Positions 18,185 to 27,879 of a stretch of 45,487 nucleotides of DNA are shown here, piece after piece. The translations under genes and the position numbers were made by a program. This stretch comes from Cyanobacteriota bacterium (GTDB taxonomy: Bacteria; Cyanobacteriota; Cyanobacteriia; PCC-6307; Cyanobiaceae): the NCBI GenBank assembly GCA_046047915.1, contig JBJOHB010000087.1, positions 1 to 45,487 on the forward strand. The letters are read 5' to 3'. Under the pieces are notes generated by a model. The model was not told the DNA's origin. It saw nothing but the letters and a program-made list of their open reading frames with translations, and ran no database searches. Position 1 is the first letter of the stretch, and each line of letters opens with the position of its first letter.

Positions 18185-18910
18185 TCATCGGGGCTCGTGG
18201 CCCTGATCGAACAGGCGTCCGTCCTCCATGCGCAGCAGCCGGTCAGCCACATCAAGGATGCGGGGATCGTGGGTGACCATCAGCACCGCGCACCCCTGCT
18301 CACGGGCCAGCCGCCTGAGCAGATCCACCACTTCACGACCGCTGCGGCTGTCGAGGGCCGCCGTCGGTTCATCGGCCAGCAGCAGTTCAGGACGTGCAGC
18401 CAGAGCTCTGGCGATGGCCACCCGCTGCTTCTGGCCCCCCGAAAGATCGTGGGGCAATTTGCCAAGGTGATCGCCCAGGCCCACGGCCCGCAACCATTCG
18501 CGGGCCTGGTCGCGGCGGGCGCGGTAGCCCAGGTCTGGCAGCAGGTCGGCCCCCATCTGCACGTTCTGCTCAGCCGTCAGGCAGCGCAACAGGTTGTGAC
18601 CTTGAAAGATCATGCCGATGCGCCGACGCAGCTGCTGCCGCTCCCCTCGGCCGGCGCCCAGCAATTCAGAGCCGAACAGCTGCACCGAGCCAGCCTGCAC
18701 CTGACGCAGGGCTCCCACCAAGGTCAGCAGGGTGGTCTTGCCGCAACCGGATGGCCCCGTCAGCAGCACCACCTCACCAGGGTCAATGCTGAGCTCCACA
18801 TCCTGGAGCACCTGGCGACGGGCATCACCACGGCCGTACCAGTGGCTCAGGCCGCTGGCGGCGATCGCTGCAGCCGCAGGCGGCGTGTCCAAGGCAGTGG
18901 GTGATCGCAT
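18185..18910 (-). CDS. devA: DevA-type ABC exporter ATP-binding protein
   Basis: Walker A GPSGCGKTTLL, signature LSGGQKQRVAIARAL, Walker B LLLADEPT. It is the last gene of a membrane-fusion / FtsX-like permease / ATPase trio. Confidence 0.85.
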   Translation of the reverse strand: MRSPTALDTPPAAAAIAASGLSHWYGRGDARRQVLQDVELSIDPGEVVLLTGPSGCGKTTLLTLVGALRQVQAGSVQLFGSELLGAGRGERQQLRRRIGMIFQGHNLLRCLTAEQNVQMGADLLPDLGYRARRDQAREWLRAVGLGDHLGKLPHDLSGGQKQRVAIARALAARPELLLADEPTAALDSRSGREVVDLLRRLAREQGCAVLMVTHDPRILDVADRLLRMEDGRLFDQGHEPR

Positions 18911-18913
18911 GGT

Positions 18914-20107
18914 TCAGAAGATCTCAGCCGGGTCCGCATCCCCCAGGCGCCGCATCGCCAACCCCGCCGATCCCAGACACATGACCAGGATCATGGTGAA
19001 CACCAGCAGGGCCCGTTGGGGATCCATCACCACCGGCAGGCGGGTGCCGCTGCGCACCAGGGCATAGAGACCCTGGCCGGCGACATAGGCGGGTAGGTAG
19101 CCCAGGACCGCCAGCAGCAGGCCCTCGCGGGCGACCACCCCGAGCAGGCTGGGCAGGCGATAGCCCATGGCCATCAGGGTTGCGTATTCGGGCAGGTGAT
19201 CACTGACGTCCGAATAAAGGATCTGATACACGATCACGCATCCCACCACGAAGCCCATGCCTGCCCCGAGGGTGAAGATGAACCCGATCGCGGTGCTGGT
19301 CCGCCAATAGGTCTTCTCCAGTTCTTCGAAACCAGCCTTGGTCAGGACCCGGACATCGCCGGGAAGCAGGCGCCTGAGACGGGTCACCGCCGCCTCAGGG
19401 TCAGCGCCCGGGCGCAGGCGGATCAGACCCAGCTCAATGCTGCCGGGGGGTGAGCTGGGCATCAACCGCAGATAGGTCTCGCGGCTGGTGATCATGTTGC
19501 CGTCAGCACCGAAAGACGGCCCCAGCGACACCAGACCGGCCACCCGGATCCGTTGGCCTGAGACCTCAGTCTCCACGGTGCGGCCCTGTTTCAACCAGGC
19601 GGCAACCGGACCGAATTCGGGCCTGGAACGCTCGTCGAACAGAACCCAACCTCGGTTCTGCAACAACTTGGACTGGCTGCTGATCGCCGGATTCAGAAAG
19701 ATCGGGTCATCCGGTTCAACCGCCAGGGTCAGGATCGAGCGTGTGGTGCGGGCTTCCGGGTTGCGCCACAACAACAGATTCCAGTTGAGCGGGCTGATGC
19801 CGATGACATCGGGATCAGCCAGGGTCTGCACCAGCCGCCGCCGGGGAAAGCTGGCCATGCCGATCGAGCTGGTGGTCCGGGGGCTGAGCAACACCACATC
19901 GGCGTCAAACAGCTTGTGGACGGTGACGCTGGCTTCAAACAGCCCGTCCCGAAAACCCAGCTGCATGAACATCAGGATGCCGGCAAAGGCGATGCCGGCC
20001 AGGGCGACGGCCAACCGCATCGGCTGACGGGTCAGCAACAGCCAGGCCAGGGGGATCCGTCGGCTGCGCCAGAAGCGGTGAATGGACTGCAGACCCTGTG
20101 ACACCAT
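18914..20107 (-). CDS. devC: DevC-type ABC exporter permease (FtsX-like)
   Basis: 397 aa. It has an N-terminal TM, a large periplasmic loop and a C-terminal FtsX-like 3-TM bundle (AIGFIFTLGAGMGFVVGCVIVYQIL..). There is a 3-nt gap to devA. Confidence 0.85.
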   Translation of the reverse strand: MVSQGLQSIHRFWRSRRIPLAWLLLTRQPMRLAVALAGIAFAGILMFMQLGFRDGLFEASVTVHKLFDADVVLLSPRTTSSIGMASFPRRRLVQTLADPDVIGISPLNWNLLLWRNPEARTTRSILTLAVEPDDPIFLNPAISSQSKLLQNRGWVLFDERSRPEFGPVAAWLKQGRTVETEVSGQRIRVAGLVSLGPSFGADGNMITSRETYLRLMPSSPPGSIELGLIRLRPGADPEAAVTRLRRLLPGDVRVLTKAGFEELEKTYWRTSTAIGFIFTLGAGMGFVVGCVIVYQILYSDVSDHLPEYATLMAMGYRLPSLLGVVAREGLLLAVLGYLPAYVAGQGLYALVRSGTRLPVVMDPQRALLVFTMILVMCLGSAGLAMRRLGDADPAEIF

Positions 20108-20112
20108 CGCGC

Positions 20113-21057
20113 TCAGGGCACGAAGCGGGCGATCACCCTGAGCCCGGCCAGGCTGCGCAGGCGGTTGCTTTCCGAGGGATCGAGGGCCAGCCTCACTTCG
20201 ACGATGCGGGAATCCGCATCAGCGCTGGGATCGGTGCTCAACACCTGGCGCTGCCGCACCTGGGGGCTGATGCGAATCACGCGGGCCATCACAGTGCCCT
20301 TGAAGCCACCGCTTTCGCTCTCGAGCCGAACCTGCTGACCCAGGCGAACTCTACTAATGTCGCTTTCGTAGACCTCGGCAATCGCCTCCATGCTCTGGTT
20401 GGCGCCGACCTCCAGGATGCCGTCGGCGCCGGGCCGCTCACCGGGCTGAACCAACACCCGCAGCACCAGTCCATCGATCGGTGAGCGCAACTGGGACAAG
20501 GCCAGTTCGGTGTCCAGTTTGTTGAGCTCGGCCTTGGCCTCATTGAAGCGGGCGCGTTTATCCGACAACTGGATTTCGCGATCATCGAGATCGCCGGCCG
20601 GATTGGCTCCCGAACGGGTCAATCCCCGGTAACGGCGAATCTGACCTTCAAAGATGCGCAGCTGGGTTTCAAGGGAGGCGATGCGTGTCAGCAGCAACTG
20701 CCTCTGGGCCAGCAAGCCCGGACGGTTGTCAAAGCTGACCAGCACCTGGCCGCGGCGCACCTGGTCCCCTTCGCGCACGTAGAGCTCGGACACCCGGGGG
20801 CTCACCCCCACCCCCCCGGACGGGGCCGCCAGGGTGCGCACGTCACCCGCTGGCTCAAGTCGGCCCAGGGCCGCCACGGCTGCATTGGCACCAGACGTTG
20901 GCGCCTGGGAGCGGGCGGTAGCGGGATCGCGGGGTGTGGAGGCAACCACCACGGGTTTGCTCTGGGGCCGCAACAGGGCCCACAGCACAACAACCACAAC
21001 GGCTGAACCTAGGGCCAGCCAGGACTTGCGGGGCAGTCGGCGGAGGTGTGCGTTCAC
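20113..21057 (-). CDS. devB: DevB-type membrane fusion protein (HlyD family)
   Basis: TM anchor ([17 protein letters not shown]), coiled-coil segments and a beta-barrel/lipoyl-like end ([14 protein letters not shown]). The track start (ATG 21171) would overlap pcyA by 118 nt. An in-frame GTG at 21057 overlaps the pcyA stop as GTGA, and I prefer it. Confidence 0.78.
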   Translation of the reverse strand: MNAHLRRLPRKSWLALGSAVVVVVLWALLRPQSKPVVVASTPRDPATARSQAPTSGANAAVAALGRLEPAGDVRTLAAPSGGVGVSPRVSELYVREGDQVRRGQVLVSFDNRPGLLAQRQLLLTRIASLETQLRIFEGQIRRYRGLTRSGANPAGDLDDREIQLSDKRARFNEAKAELNKLDTELALSQLRSPIDGLVLRVLVQPGERPGADGILEVGANQSMEAIAEVYESDISRVRLGQQVRLESESGGFKGTVMARVIRISPQVRQRQVLSTDPSADADSRIVEVRLALDPSESNRLRSLAGLRVIARFVP

Positions 21058-21767
21058 GGTGTCGGCGGATCGTCGAACAACAGCTCTTCGATGTAGCGGT
21101 CTGCCCAGGCCGGGTTGAAGGCTTTCTCGAGCACCCGGCGGGTCTTGTCGTTCTGTTTCTGCTGCCTGCAATAGCTCAGCTGACCCTGCCAGCGCTCAAC
21201 CGTAGCCGGAGCCTCGGGCGCGTCGGGGCTCCCGGCGGCGATCGCTTCGCCCAGCACCTGCAGCAGGGTGTCCACCCAGGCGATGAAGCCCTGCTCTTCA
21301 TCGGCACCATCGGGCCGAATGAAACAGACATGGGGCGAGAAGATCGATCCCCAGGGGGGCAACTCCCGGCGCTGGCGAAAGTCAAAGGCGGGACGAGCCG
21401 CCAGGGCCTGGTCGATGCCATCGGGCAAGCGGCTACGGGTGGGGGACAGGTCGGCGATGGCGGCCGACACCCCTGCTGGTGAGGCCACCACGTCGGCACC
21501 GAACACCGGCAGATCAAAGCGCGGATCGGGAAAGAACACACAGTGCAGGATCTGCAGTCCGGCTCCCAGACGGGCGGTTTCCAGGTGCAGCTTGCGCAGG
21601 CCCCGGGCCGAGGCCAGCTCGTTGCGAATGAACAGGGCCTCCCCGTCAAGGCTGCCGCTGATCTCCTCGAGGTCCGCGGCCAGCGGCAAGGGGGCCAGTT
21701 CGCTGAAACCCTGCCAACGCTGGCGGATGCAATCGGCCAGCGAAACCATCAGCGGATGAAGGCTCAT
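21054..21767 (-). CDS. pcyA: Phycocyanobilin:ferredoxin oxidoreductase
   Basis: The C-terminal 237 aa of track ORF 21054..22403, starting at the ATG at 21767. Motifs: [54 protein letters not shown] ... [35 protein letters not shown]. This is a very PcyA-like bilin reductase sequence. The upstream 212 codons are an antisense shadow of the M16 peptidase gene. Confidence 0.88.
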   Translation of the reverse strand: MSLHPLMVSLADCIRQRWQGFSELAPLPLAADLEEISGSLDGEALFIRNELASARGLRKLHLETARLGAGLQILHCVFFPDPRFDLPVFGADVVASPAGVSAAIADLSPTRSRLPDGIDQALAARPAFDFRQRRELPPWGSIFSPHVCFIRPDGADEEQGFIAWVDTLLQVLGEAIAAGSPDAPEAPATVERWQGQLSYCRQQKQNDKTRRVLEKAFNPAWADRYIEELLFDDPPTP

Positions 21768-21800
21768 CGGCACGGCGCCCAGCAGAATGCAGATCCTGCC

Positions 21801-23087
21801 ATGGGTCTGCCTTTGTCCCCCATCGCCCGGCCACCCCTGATTGACGGCCTGGAGAGCGTGCACAGCCAGACGCTGCGCTCTGGCGTCAGGGTGGTGAGCC
21901 TGAACCTGCCCGAGGCCCCTCTGATCTGTTTGGACCTGTGGTGTCGGGCCGGCAGCGCCTTCGAAACGGCCGAGGAAAGCGGCATGGCCCACTTCCTGGA
22001 ACACATGGTGTTCAAAGGCAGCGAACGCCAGGAAGCCGGTGACTTTGACCTGAAGATCGAGGCGCTGGGCGGTCACAGCAACGCCGCCACAGGGTTTGAC
22101 GATGTCCACTACCACGTGTTGGTGCCGCCAACGGCGGCAGCAGAGGCCTGTGAGCTGCTGCTCGATCTGGTGCTCAACCCCCGTCTGGACCAGGAGGATC
22201 TGGACGTGGAACGGCAAGTGGTGCTGGAGGAACTGGCCCAGAGTCAGGACCAACCCGATGAGATGGCCCTGCAGACCCTGCTGCAGCTGGGCTGCTGCGA
22301 CCATCCCTATGGCCGGGCGATCCTGGGGGAACGGGATCTGCTGCAAGAGCACACGGCTGACACAATGCGTCGCTTCCAGCAGCGGCTCTATGGCGCCCAG
22401 CACTGCGTGCTGGCCGTGAGCGGCCCGCTCGACGCGCGCACGCTCGACACCCTGGTGGCCCAGCTCGAGCGTTCACCTCTGGCAACCTTGCCCCGCACCG
22501 CCGCCACACCGCCACCGCCCCAGCTGCGACTCCAACCCGGTGTGCATCACAGGCCCTTTGCCCGCCTGGAGGCGGCGCGTCTGCTGATGGCCTGGTCTTT
22601 GCCGGGTGCGTCCGAGCGCCAGGCGGTGGCGGCGATGGATCTGGCCACAAGCCTGCTGGCCGAAGGCCGGCGCAGCCGACTGGTGGCCCGGTTGCGGGAG
22701 GAGCTGCGGCTGGTCGAGAGCATCGATCTCGACCTGCAGGTGCTCGAGTGCGGCAGCCTGGCCCTGCTCGAAGCGGTCTGCGATCCGGCTGAGCTGCCGA
22801 TCGTGCGCCAGCAGATCGAACGGGTCCTCATGGACAGTCATGGGACCCCGCCGCCCGTCGCCGAAATCGAACGGGGACGCAAGCTGGTGGCCAACGGGTA
22901 TCGCTTTGGGCTCGAGGCCGCCGCCGGTGTGGCCGGGGTGATCGGCAACGGTGCGCTCTGGGATCGGCCCAGCGATCTCAACGACCCGTTGCGGGCGCTG
23001 CGGGCAGTTGATGCCGACCAACTGCAGCAGAGCTTCGCCCTGCTCGATCCCAGCCGGGCCTGTGTGCTCGAGGCGGTACCAGCATGA
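21801..23087 (+). CDS. M16-family zinc peptidase (processing protease), catalytic partner
   Basis: Inverted zinc motif HFLEH in [14 protein letters not shown]. The downstream E in the [17 protein letters not shown] region is present. I trimmed the start to the ATG at 21801. The track entry begins at 21543, inside pcyA. Confidence 0.85.
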   Translation: MGLPLSPIARPPLIDGLESVHSQTLRSGVRVVSLNLPEAPLICLDLWCRAGSAFETAEESGMAHFLEHMVFKGSERQEAGDFDLKIEALGGHSNAATGFDDVHYHVLVPPTAAAEACELLLDLVLNPRLDQEDLDVERQVVLEELAQSQDQPDEMALQTLLQLGCCDHPYGRAILGERDLLQEHTADTMRRFQQRLYGAQHCVLAVSGPLDARTLDTLVAQLERSPLATLPRTAATPPPPQLRLQPGVHHRPFARLEAARLLMAWSLPGASERQAVAAMDLATSLLAEGRRSRLVARLREELRLVESIDLDLQVLECGSLALLEAVCDPAELPIVRQQIERVLMDSHGTPPPVAEIERGRKLVANGYRFGLEAAAGVAGVIGNGALWDRPSDLNDPLRALRAVDADQLQQSFALLDPSRACVLEAVPA

Positions 23088-24379
23088 ACGCGCCCTGCTG
23101 GACCCGACAACAGCTGGGCGGTGAACTGCTGCTCAGCTGGCGGCAGCACCGCTCCCCCGGACTGCTGGCGGCCCGGTTGTGGATCGCCGGCGGCAGCAGC
23201 GAGGATCCACCCCATCAGCGCGGCATTCACCAACTGCTGGCCGGGCTGCTGACCCGGGGTTGCGGCGATCTCGATGCTGACGCTCTGGCCGATCTGGTCG
23301 AAGGGCGTGGGGCGGCCCTGCGGGCCGAAGCCGGCGAAGACAGCCTGGTGATCAGCCTCAAATGCGCCAGCGAGGATGCCGAACGGCTGCTGCCCCTGCT
23401 GGTGCAGATGGCGAGCCAGCCAACCCTGGAACCGGAGCAGATCGCCATCGAGCGGCAGCTGAACCTCCAGGCCCTGCAACGCCAGCGGGAAGACCCCTTT
23501 CAGCTCTGCCACGAGGGCCTGCGGCAACAGCTCTATGGCCAGGGGCCCTATGGCCATGACCCCCTGGGGGTGGCGGCCGAGCTCGAACAGCTGCAGCGGT
23601 CAGACCTTGGCGATCAGCTGCAGCAATTGGGCCAGCGGGGTGCGGCCTTGGTTCTGGCCGGAGGCGTGACCCCGGGAGCGCTCGAGGCCCTCGAGGTCGC
23701 GACCAGCCGCGAACCCTGGCCTGTGAACCCGCCGGGACAACCCCTGGATCTGGGAGCGGCCAGCGGCGGGGAGCCGCTGACGTTGATGGAGGAGGACACC
23801 GAACAGGTCGTCCTGATGCTGGGGTGCACGACGGTGCCACTGGCCGAACCCGACAACCTGCCGCTGCGGCTGCTCCAGGCCCATCTGGGCCTGGGCATGT
23901 CCAGCCGCCTGTTCATCACCCTGCGCGAAGAGCGCGGGCTGGCCTACGACGTGGGGGTGCACATGCCGGCGCGGCGGGGGCCGACGCCCTTTGTTTGGCA
24001 CCTGTCCACCAACGCCGATCGCGCCGGCGAAGCCTGCACGGCGCTGCTCGATGAATGGCAGCGGATCCTCGAGCAGCCGTTGACCACCGCCGAACTGGCG
24101 CTGGCCAGGGCCAAGTATCTGGGCCAGGAGGCGATGGGCCGGCAGACCTGCGGACAGCTGGCTGACCGCGAGGCGTTGTTGCTGGGTTTCGGCCTCAGCA
24201 CAACGTTCATCGACGATTGCCTAACCCGGGCGGCCATGCTGAGCAGCGCCGAGCTGCAGCAGGCGGCTCGACGCAGCCTTGGGGCACCCCGGCTGAGCCT
24301 CTGCGGGCCCCGCGAAGGACTCGAAGCCGCTGCTGCTGCCTGGAATCGCCATGCCCTCAGCCGGGCTCACTCCGTCTGA
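23084..24379 (+). CDS. M16-family peptidase-like protein with a degenerate zinc site (non-catalytic partner)
   Basis: Same fold-type sequence, but the HxxEH position reads GIHQLLAGLL. There is an ATGA overlap with the preceding M16 gene. Confidence 0.8.
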   Translation: MNAPCWTRQQLGGELLLSWRQHRSPGLLAARLWIAGGSSEDPPHQRGIHQLLAGLLTRGCGDLDADALADLVEGRGAALRAEAGEDSLVISLKCASEDAERLLPLLVQMASQPTLEPEQIAIERQLNLQALQRQREDPFQLCHEGLRQQLYGQGPYGHDPLGVAAELEQLQRSDLGDQLQQLGQRGAALVLAGGVTPGALEALEVATSREPWPVNPPGQPLDLGAASGGEPLTLMEEDTEQVVLMLGCTTVPLAEPDNLPLRLLQAHLGLGMSSRLFITLREERGLAYDVGVHMPARRGPTPFVWHLSTNADRAGEACTALLDEWQRILEQPLTTAELALARAKYLGQEAMGRQTCGQLADREALLLGFGLSTTFIDDCLTRAAMLSSAELQQAARRSLGAPRLSLCGPREGLEAAAAAWNRHALSRAHSV

Positions 24380-24587
24380 GGGCTGACGCCTGCAGCAAAA
24401 ACGTGCCGCGACGAAACCGCACGGCCAGTTGATCGCCGGCCCGCAGACCCACCACCTGGCCGACTTCGTCGAGCCCGATCAGGTCGGCCGGCCGCAGCAT
24501 CGGCATCGGATCAGCCGTCTTGAGGTAGGGAGGCTGCTGGCTGAGCTGGACCCCATCGCCGATGGCGAACAGGTGCGGATCGTCCAT
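24357..24587 (-). CDS. Small conserved cyanobacterial/plastid-lineage protein (DUF3148-like, from memory)
   Basis: The C-terminal 76 aa of track ORF 24357..24851, starting at the ATG at 24587: MDDPHLFAIGDGVQLSQQPPYLKTADPMPMLRPADLIGLDEVGQVVGLRAGDQLAVRFRRGTFLL. I recognise the YLKTADPMPMLRP block as a conserved family. The family name is not verified. Confidence 0.6.
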   Translation of the reverse strand: MDDPHLFAIGDGVQLSQQPPYLKTADPMPMLRPADLIGLDEVGQVVGLRAGDQLAVRFRRGTFLLQASALRRSEPG

Positions 24588-24642
24588 CACGGCTGCCTGG
24601 GGCGCTGGTAGCGGGACCTTACCTGCTGCAGGATGGCGAACA

Positions 24643-25239
24643 GTGCAGTCTTCGGTGCTCAGCTTGCGTGCCATCGCCACCTGGAGCGGCGCCCTTGCCG
24701 GTCTGATGCTGATCCTGGCTGGCGGGCTGGTGAGCGCCGCCTTGCCCCTGCCCGATCTCGATGGCGGCATCCGTGTGCTGCCGCTGCCGATGACCCTGCA
24801 GGTGCCGGCCCTGCTGGTGACGGCCCTGGTCTGCGGCCCACGCAGCGCCATGCTGGCGGCTGTGGCCTACCTGAGCCTGGGGCTGTTTCAGTTGCCGGTG
24901 TTTCAAGGGGGTGGGGGTGTCGGCTACCTGCTCGATCCCGGCTTTGGCTATCTGGTGGGATTCATTCCCGCCGGTTGGCTGACGGGACGGCTGGCCCGCC
25001 AGAGCGGCATGGATGATCTGCTCAAGCTTCTGGGTGCCAGCCTGGGTGGCCTGCTGGTGTTGCAGCTGTGCGGGCTGTTGAATCTGTTGTTGGGTGGTCT
25101 GGCCGGTCGCTGGCCCCTAGGACTGGCCCAGACCGTGGTCAGCTACAGCCTGGCGCCGTTACCCGCCCAGGTCCTGCTGTGCTGCGGCGCGGCTCTGCTG
25201 GCCCTGGTGCTGCGTCGTGGCCTGAAACTGTCGCCATGA
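24643..25239 (+). CDS. bioY: BioY-family biotin transporter S-component
   Basis: Multi-TM protein with BioY-like blocks: TLQVPALLVTALVCGPRSAMLAAVAYLSLGLFQLPVF, GYLLDPGFGYLVGFIPAGWLTG. The track start at 24562 overlaps the divergent small gene. An in-frame GTG at 24643 is my preferred start, but this is uncertain. Confidence 0.7.
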   Translation: MQSSVLSLRAIATWSGALAGLMLILAGGLVSAALPLPDLDGGIRVLPLPMTLQVPALLVTALVCGPRSAMLAAVAYLSLGLFQLPVFQGGGGVGYLLDPGFGYLVGFIPAGWLTGRLARQSGMDDLLKLLGASLGGLLVLQLCGLLNLLLGGLAGRWPLGLAQTVVSYSLAPLPAQVLLCCGAALLALVLRRGLKLSP

Positions 25240-25712
25240 ACGGGTCAAGACGTTGGCGTCTGAGCAGCCTGGTGATTGCGGCGCTGGTCCTGCTGCTTGA
25301 TCAGGTCAGCAAAGCCTGGGCCCAGGCTTCGCTGGTCCTGGGCCCAAGCCGCGGCTGGCTGCCCGGTCTGATCGATTTGGAACTGGTTTATAACCGGGGG
25401 GCGGCTTTCAGCCTGTTCACCGGCGCGACCCAGATCCTGGCCTTGATCAGCATGGGTGTCGCCTGTGTGCTGGTGGTCTGGATCCTGCGGCTGCGCCACG
25501 GGCGGCCCCTGCAGTTGGTCGCTGCCGGACTGCTGCTGGGAGGCACCCTGGGCAATGGCCTTGATCGCTGGCGGCTGGGCGCCGTGATCGATTTTCTGGC
25601 CCTGGTGCCGATCCGCTTTCCGGTGTTCAACCTGGCTGACGTGGCGATCAACCTGGCGGTGCTTGTGTTTGCCCTCGATCTGCTGAGGCAGCATGGTTCA
25701 GCAGACACTTGA
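25236..25712 (+). CDS. lspA: Lipoprotein signal peptidase II
   Basis: Starts at the ATG at 25236 (ATGA overlap with the bioY stop): MNGSRRWRLSSLVIAALVLLLDQVSK. Catalytic-Asp blocks NRGAAFS and VIDFL..FPVFNLADV are present. Confidence 0.9.
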   Translation: MNGSRRWRLSSLVIAALVLLLDQVSKAWAQASLVLGPSRGWLPGLIDLELVYNRGAAFSLFTGATQILALISMGVACVLVVWILRLRHGRPLQLVAAGLLLGGTLGNGLDRWRLGAVIDFLALVPIRFPVFNLADVAINLAVLVFALDLLRQHGSADT

Positions 25713-27876
25713 ACGGCTTGGCCAGCGCCTGCAGTCCCGCTGGCGGCATTGGCGCCATCCCCCCAACCCCCAGATCCTGATCCATGGCTCCGGTGGATCC
25801 ACATCCCGACAGCCGTTGATTGGGGGGGCCTATCGCATTGGTCGCGACGCAAGCTGCGAGATCCCGATCGACCACGGTGCCGTCAGTCGGGTGCATGCCT
25901 GGCTGGAGCAGCGCGGTGGCCGCTGGCTGCTGCGCGACGCCGGCTCTACCAATGGGCTGTGGTGGCAGGGCCAACGGGTGCAGGAGCTGCTACTGGAGGA
26001 CAGCGACTGCATCCGTCTGGGCCCGCCCTCCCAGCCCGGTCTGCCCGAACTGACCTACAGCGCCGCCCCCCAACCAGAGCTCCAGGCCCTGCGTCGGGGC
26101 CTCGGATGGCTGATCATCGGCTCGGTGGGCCTGGGAGCTGGCCTGCTGCTGCTGTCCGTGACCCAGATGCCGATCCGGGGGAGCCTGGCCACGGTGCGCG
26201 GCCCCCTGGCCATCTACGACCGTCAGGGCAGACCCGTCAGCAGCCTGGACACCCTCAAACACCGGGAGCAGGCGGGGCTGAACGGCTACCCCGACGTGCT
26301 GATCCAGGCCTTGCTGGCCAGTGAGGACAGCCGCTTTTGGTGGCATCCCGGTGTCGACCCGATCGGCACCGCCAGGGCCCTGGTGACCAACCTGCTGGGA
26401 GGACGGGTGCTGCAGGGCGGGAGCACCCTGACCCAGCAGCTGGCGCGCAGCCTTTACCCCGATGAGGTCGGTGACGGCGAAACGCTGGAGCGCAAATGGC
26501 GCGAATTGCTGGTGGCGCTGCAGCTCGAGGCTCGCTACAGCAAACGCGATCTGCTGCTCAGCTACCTCAACCGCGTTTATCTGGGGGTGGGCTGGGGGTT
26601 CGAGGATGCCGCCCAGCATTACTTCGGCATCACGGCCAGCAAGCTCACCCTCGAGCAAGCGGCCCTGTTGGTGGGGCTGCTGCCCTCGCCCAACGGCTAC
26701 GACCCTTGCCTGGATCCCCAGGCGGCTCTGGACGCGCGCAACCAGGTGCTCAACAAAATGGCCGCGACCGGTCGCATCAGCGCTGACCGCGCCCGGCGCG
26801 CCCGGCGAGCGCCGGTCGTGATCGCTCCCCAGGCCTGCCGCAGCAACCCAGCCCTGCGTGGAGCCCCGTATTACACCGATCAGGTCCGCCGGGACCTGCA
26901 AACCCTCGTGGGCCAGGAGGCCGCCGGCCAGGGCAATTACCTGATCGACACCCATCTGGATCTCGCCCTGCAGCAGCGCATCGAAACGCTGCTGCGCCAG
27001 CGGTTGCAGCGCAGCGCCGCCCTGGGGGTAACCCAGGGGGCGGTGGTCGTGCTCGACAGCCGCACCAGCGGCATCCTGGCGATCGCGGGGGGGCGCGACT
27101 ACCGCACCAGCCAGTTCAACCGGGCGTCGATGGCCCTGCGGCAACCGGGCAGCGCCTTCAAGCTGGTGCCCTATGCCCTGGCGCTCGAACGGGGCCAGGG
27201 ACCGGACACCACGGTCAGTTGCAGTCCCCTGGCCTGGGGCGGGGTGCAATACGCCAGCGACTGCCGCGGCAGCCTGAGCCTGACCTCGGCCCTGGCCAGC
27301 AGCAGCAACACGGCAGCGTTGCGGCTGAGCCGGCGCGTCGGGCTCGACGCCATGGTCCAGAAGGCCAGGGACCTCGGCATCACCACACCCCTCAAGCCGG
27401 TGCCGGGGCTGGCGCTGGGGCAGAGCGAATTGACCCTGCTTGAACTGACCGCGGCCTATGGCGCCATTGCCAACGGGGGCATCTGGCATGGCCCGCGCAC
27501 GATCCGCCGGCTCCATGACGCCGAGAGCTGCCAGGGTCTGGCCGATCGCCGTTGCCGTGCGGCCGCCAGCCAGGCGGTTCCGTTGGCCAACCCCGGTCGC
27601 CGCGCCGTCAGCGAACGGGTCAGCAGCCAGTTGCGGGCCATGCTGCAGGCCGTTGTCGCCCGTGGAACGGGCCAGGCCGCCTACCGCGGTGGGGGTGAAG
27701 GCGGCAAGACGGGCACCACCAACGACGGCCGCGATCTGCTGTTCGTGGGCTTTGACCCCCGCCGCCATTGGGTGATCGGCATCTGGTTGGGCAACGATGA
27801 CAACAGTCCGACCCGGGCCAGCAGTGCCCTTGCAGCAGGGCTGTGGGGCGAGATCATCGCCGCATCCGGTGGTTGA
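25693..27876 (+). CDS. Class A penicillin-binding protein (transglycosylase/transpeptidase) with an N-terminal cytoplasmic FHA domain
   Basis: FHA signature YRIGRDASCEIPIDHGAVSRVHAWLEQRGGRWLLRDAGSTNGLWWQG (GR, SxxH, NG). One TM segment, LGWLIIGSVGLGAGLLLLSV. GT51 motifs EDSRFWWHPGVD and GGSTLTQQLAR. Transpeptidase motifs SAFK, SSN and KTGTT. It overlaps the lspA 3' end by 20 nt. Confidence 0.88.
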   Translation: MVQQTLERLGQRLQSRWRHWRHPPNPQILIHGSGGSTSRQPLIGGAYRIGRDASCEIPIDHGAVSRVHAWLEQRGGRWLLRDAGSTNGLWWQGQRVQELLLEDSDCIRLGPPSQPGLPELTYSAAPQPELQALRRGLGWLIIGSVGLGAGLLLLSVTQMPIRGSLATVRGPLAIYDRQGRPVSSLDTLKHREQAGLNGYPDVLIQALLASEDSRFWWHPGVDPIGTARALVTNLLGGRVLQGGSTLTQQLARSLYPDEVGDGETLERKWRELLVALQLEARYSKRDLLLSYLNRVYLGVGWGFEDAAQHYFGITASKLTLEQAALLVGLLPSPNGYDPCLDPQAALDARNQVLNKMAATGRISADRARRARRAPVVIAPQACRSNPALRGAPYYTDQVRRDLQTLVGQEAAGQGNYLIDTHLDLALQQRIETLLRQRLQRSAALGVTQGAVVVLDSRTSGILAIAGGRDYRTSQFNRASMALRQPGSAFKLVPYALALERGQGPDTTVSCSPLAWGGVQYASDCRGSLSLTSALASSSNTAALRLSRRVGLDAMVQKARDLGITTPLKPVPGLALGQSELTLLELTAAYGAIANGGIWHGPRTIRRLHDAESCQGLADRRCRAAASQAVPLANPGRRAVSERVSSQLRAMLQAVVARGTGQAAYRGGGEGGKTGTTNDGRDLLFVGFDPRRHWVIGIWLGNDDNSPTRASSALAAGLWGEIIAASGG

Positions 27877-27879
27877 GCG

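Noticed and set aside
18185-21171. devBCA as the heterocyst glycolipid exporter
   Set aside because: The gene content of the window points to a unicellular picocyanobacterium. DevBCA-like trios are multi-copy paralogues with other, unknown substrates in such organisms. Only the family assignment is supported.
21768-22403. 212-codon N-terminal extension of the pcyA ORF
   Set aside because: The extension is antisense to the M16 peptidase gene and has no bilin-reductase similarity. The PcyA-like sequence begins at the ATG at 21767, giving a normal length of about 237 aa.
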